Assembly: GCA_010093605.1 (NCBI GenBank)
Contig: MU004187.1
Coordinates: forward strand, 1,372,018 to 1,436,017
DNA length: 64,000 bases
Direction of reading: 5' to 3'
Source of the DNA: Lophium mytilinum
Taxonomy: Eukaryota
How positions within the stretch are numbered: the first letter of the stretch is position 1; every line of letters begins with the position of its first letter. The notes beneath the pieces are model-generated. The model worked only from the letters and a program-made list of their open reading frames with translations. It did no database searches and was not told where the DNA came from. Shown here piece by piece: positions 60,928 to 64,000 of the stretch. A program made the position numbers and the translations under genes.

Positions 60928-63900
60928 CTCTACTACCTAAATATAAAACCTAAGCTATTTTAAAGAAAAAGAATTATATTATCTATAATAAGCTCTAAAA
61001 GCTTCTAGATAATAGCTTTATTAAGAATAGTAATTCTTCTATGCACGCACCCGTGCTATTAGTTAAGAAACTAGATAGAACTTATTACTTCTATATTAAC
61101 TATTATAAACTTAACGCTATTACTATAAAGAATTAATATCTAATTTCTATTATATAAGAGACGCTTAACCGCCTCTATAAAGCTAAGTAGTATACTAAGC
61201 TAGATATTATCTTAGCTTTTAACCGCGTCCGTATTAAACTAGGTAATAAATAGAAAACGGCTTTTATTATACGCTATAGAATATTCTAATCTAAGGTCTT
61301 AGAATTTAGTATATATAACGGCCCCGGCACCTTCTAGATATTTATTAATAATATTCTCTATAAGTATTTAGATAACTTCTATTTAGTCTATATAGATAAT
61401 ATACTAGTATTTATAGATAGAATAGAAGAAGAATATATTATGCATATATAAAAGATACTAGACTAACTATATAAAGCCGGCCTATACCTTAATATTAATA
61501 AATATAAATTTCTTATTAAGCGTATTAAGTACCTTAGCCTTATTATTATAACTAAGGGCGTTAAAATAGACTAGAAGAAAGTTAAGGCTATTACTAAATA
61601 GGCTACTTCTACCTATCTTAAGAATGTCTAGGCCTTCTTAGGCCTAGCTAACTTCTATAGGCAATTTATATAAGGCTTCTTATAACTATATAAGCTACTT
61701 ACTAACCTTTTATAAAAAGAACTAAACGGGCGCATTTATTTTAAATAGTTATTAGGCTGTTAGAAAGCTTTTAACAACCTAAAAACAGCGTTTACTACTG
61801 CACTCTATCTTAAATACTTTAACTCTAACCGGAAATTATATATTAAAATAGACGCATTTAATTATATAGCCGCAGGAGTCTTTTTATAGCTATATAATAA
61901 TAGAATATAGTACTTAGTTACTTTCTACTCTTATAAAATAATACTAGCGGAGTGCAACTATAAAATCTATAATAAGAAGTTGCTTACTATTATCCTTGCC
62001 TTTAAAGAATAGAAACTATAGTACTAAGGTAATAGATACTAGAACCCTATTTAAGTACTAATAGATTACTGCAATCTACTATACTTTATAACTACGTAAT
62101 AACTAAACTAATAATAGATGCGTTAGCTCTAGATTCTCTTAGAAATTAACTACGTCCTAATATACCGGCCTAGCTATCTAGAAACTAAACTAGATAGTTT
62201 TACACGCCGTAGCTAGGATCTACCGCAATCTAATAATAATAAATAATTTCTATTTTAATAATAAACTATAATTAAAATAAAGAACCTCGCCTCTAAGGTA
62301 TTAAAAGAGCTCTATCTTTATACTATAGATATTATAAGTTATACCCGGCCCCTATATAAACTTATTAAAAAGGCCTATAATATAGATAAAACTGCGTTCT
62401 AGAAGGGGGGCAGTAACCTAGATAACTAGTTAGATAACTATCTAGTCTACTATATTATAGCGCTTAAGTAACGCGGTAATTAGAAGCTTCTATGCAATAT
62501 TCTAAAGAATAAGCGCGTCTAACTATTAATAAGTAAGTTAGAGGTTATAGATAATAAACTATAGATTCTCTATAAGAACTTCTAATAACTATTTATACTA
62601 TAGTTAGCCGCACTCTAGCTTTAGATTATATAGCTAGAATATAACTATACTAGTGCAGGTTATAGAGGCTATATAGACTGCCTCTAGCGTATACGCCCTA
62701 GCTACTACTAGCTATAGTTTACTAAATTAATTACAACCTATATTAACGCTTACTAGCGCTACTATAATATTAAGCCCTCTAACTTTACTAAGTAAGGTTT
62801 CTTACGCCTCTTACCCGTCCCCCTTTATTACTAGCGTAATATTACTATAGACTATATAGTTAACTTACCTATTTATAAGTATTATAGCTATAAGTATTAT
62901 TATATACTAGTTGTAATTAATAGACTCTTAAAAGAATATTACTTCCTTACTATTACTTTACTAGAAGTAGATAAGCTAGCTAAGGTCTATTTCTAATAGA
63001 TCTATTAACTATATAGACTACTAGCGTCTATTACTAGTAATCTAGGAATATAATTTATCTCTAAATTCTAGTAATATCTCTATTATTAGATATAATTATT
63101 ACTAAATACGTCTACCGCTTTCTACCTAGAAACTAATAGTTAAATAGAAATTACTAATATAGATATAAAGAAATACCTATAAGCCTATATTAACTATATA
63201 TAGAATAACTAGTATAACCTACTACTCTTAGCTAAGCTTATTACTAATATCTATGTATTAGCTACTATAGGCTTATTACCGTTCTTTATAAATTACAGCT
63301 ACACCTCTTATTTAGAGCTTAAGCCACCTATTATTAAAGATAAGAAAATATCTAAAAATAAGGAAATTAAATAAGAACTAGCTAATAATATAGCTAAATG
63401 CCTAAAGAATATTAAGGTCTATCTACAGGACCGTATTATATAGGCTTAAGAGGAATAAGCTTACTAAGCTAACCGCTACTATAATGTAGCTACAGACATT
63501 CGCGTTAATAATATAGTCTAGCTTAACGCTAAGAATATTAAATTAGACCGCACTAAGAAGGCCCTTAATAATAAGTTTATAGGCCTCTTCCGCGTTAATA
63601 AGGTTATTAATTAGGGCGCGGCCTTCTAATTAGACCTTCTATCTAATACTAAGATCTATAACGTCTTTTATTCTTTATTATTACGGCTTAATACTTCTAA
63701 ACCTATTAAGGGATAGGATTACCCTAAGCCTATACCGCTACCTAAGCTAATCTAATAAGAGGATAATAATAAGCCTATAGAGGAATTTATAGTTACCTAA
63801 ATTATTAACTTATATATTAAGAATAATAATATCTAATATAAGGTTTACTATGTTAGTAGTGCATAACTATATAAATTCTAGTAACTATTTAGGAATCTTA

Positions 63901-64000
63901 AGAGCTACCTCTATAAGGTTTTTAACTTTTATTATTATAGCCTATAGAAACTTAAACTACCTGCTTACTTTATTAAACTAAAGGACTAGACTCTATCTAC

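Larger units (their letters stand above)
44090..64000. other. AT-rich, RIP-mutated repeat compartment
   Basis: Abrupt drop in GC, extreme TpA excess with near absence of CpA/TpG, all frames full of TAA/TAG; retroelement motifs altered by C>T/G>A changes. Confidence 0.95.
48573..64000 (+). mobile_element. Ty3/Gypsy chromovirus, family B (RIP-inactivated; interrupted by 52243-60927; 3' end beyond window)
   Basis: gag-like region with Zn-knuckle relic (~50880-50940); GGAAAAT junction ~51009; pol resumes after 60932: HAPVLLVKK..YINYYKLNAIT, YLDNF..YIDNILV (YxDD), RNase H IDAFNY..ECNYKIYNKKLL, integrase, chromodomain relic ~63780-63950. The 5' boundary is approximate. Confidence 0.82.

Overview
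This is filamentous ascomycete (Pezizomycotina, probably Dothideomycete-like) nuclear DNA in two sharply separated compartments. Bases 1-~44090 are GC-balanced and gene-dense with introns. They carry housekeeping genes: cyclophilin, ENT3, FRS2, IMP dehydrogenase with an intronic snR54-type C/D snoRNA, URB1, an Eap1/4E-T-like protein and NUF2. They also carry a S10 carboxypeptidase, a YHR112C-like trans-sulfuration enzyme, a decayed GH79 pseudogene and a hAT-type MITE in a divergent promoter. A run of accessory or detox-type genes (DHA1 MFS, peroxisomal 4CL-like ligase, pyridoxal-reductase-like AKR, TfdB-like FAD monooxygenase, SNG1) ends in a small intronless ORF resembling bacterial/phage proteins. 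Bases ~44090-64000 are an AT-rich block mutated by repeat-induced point mutation (RIP), made of nested Ty3/Gypsy chromoviruses: a complete element with TSD, inside a second family, inside another copy of the first family. All calls come from manual motif recognition. No database searches were run, and exon boundaries were read by eye.
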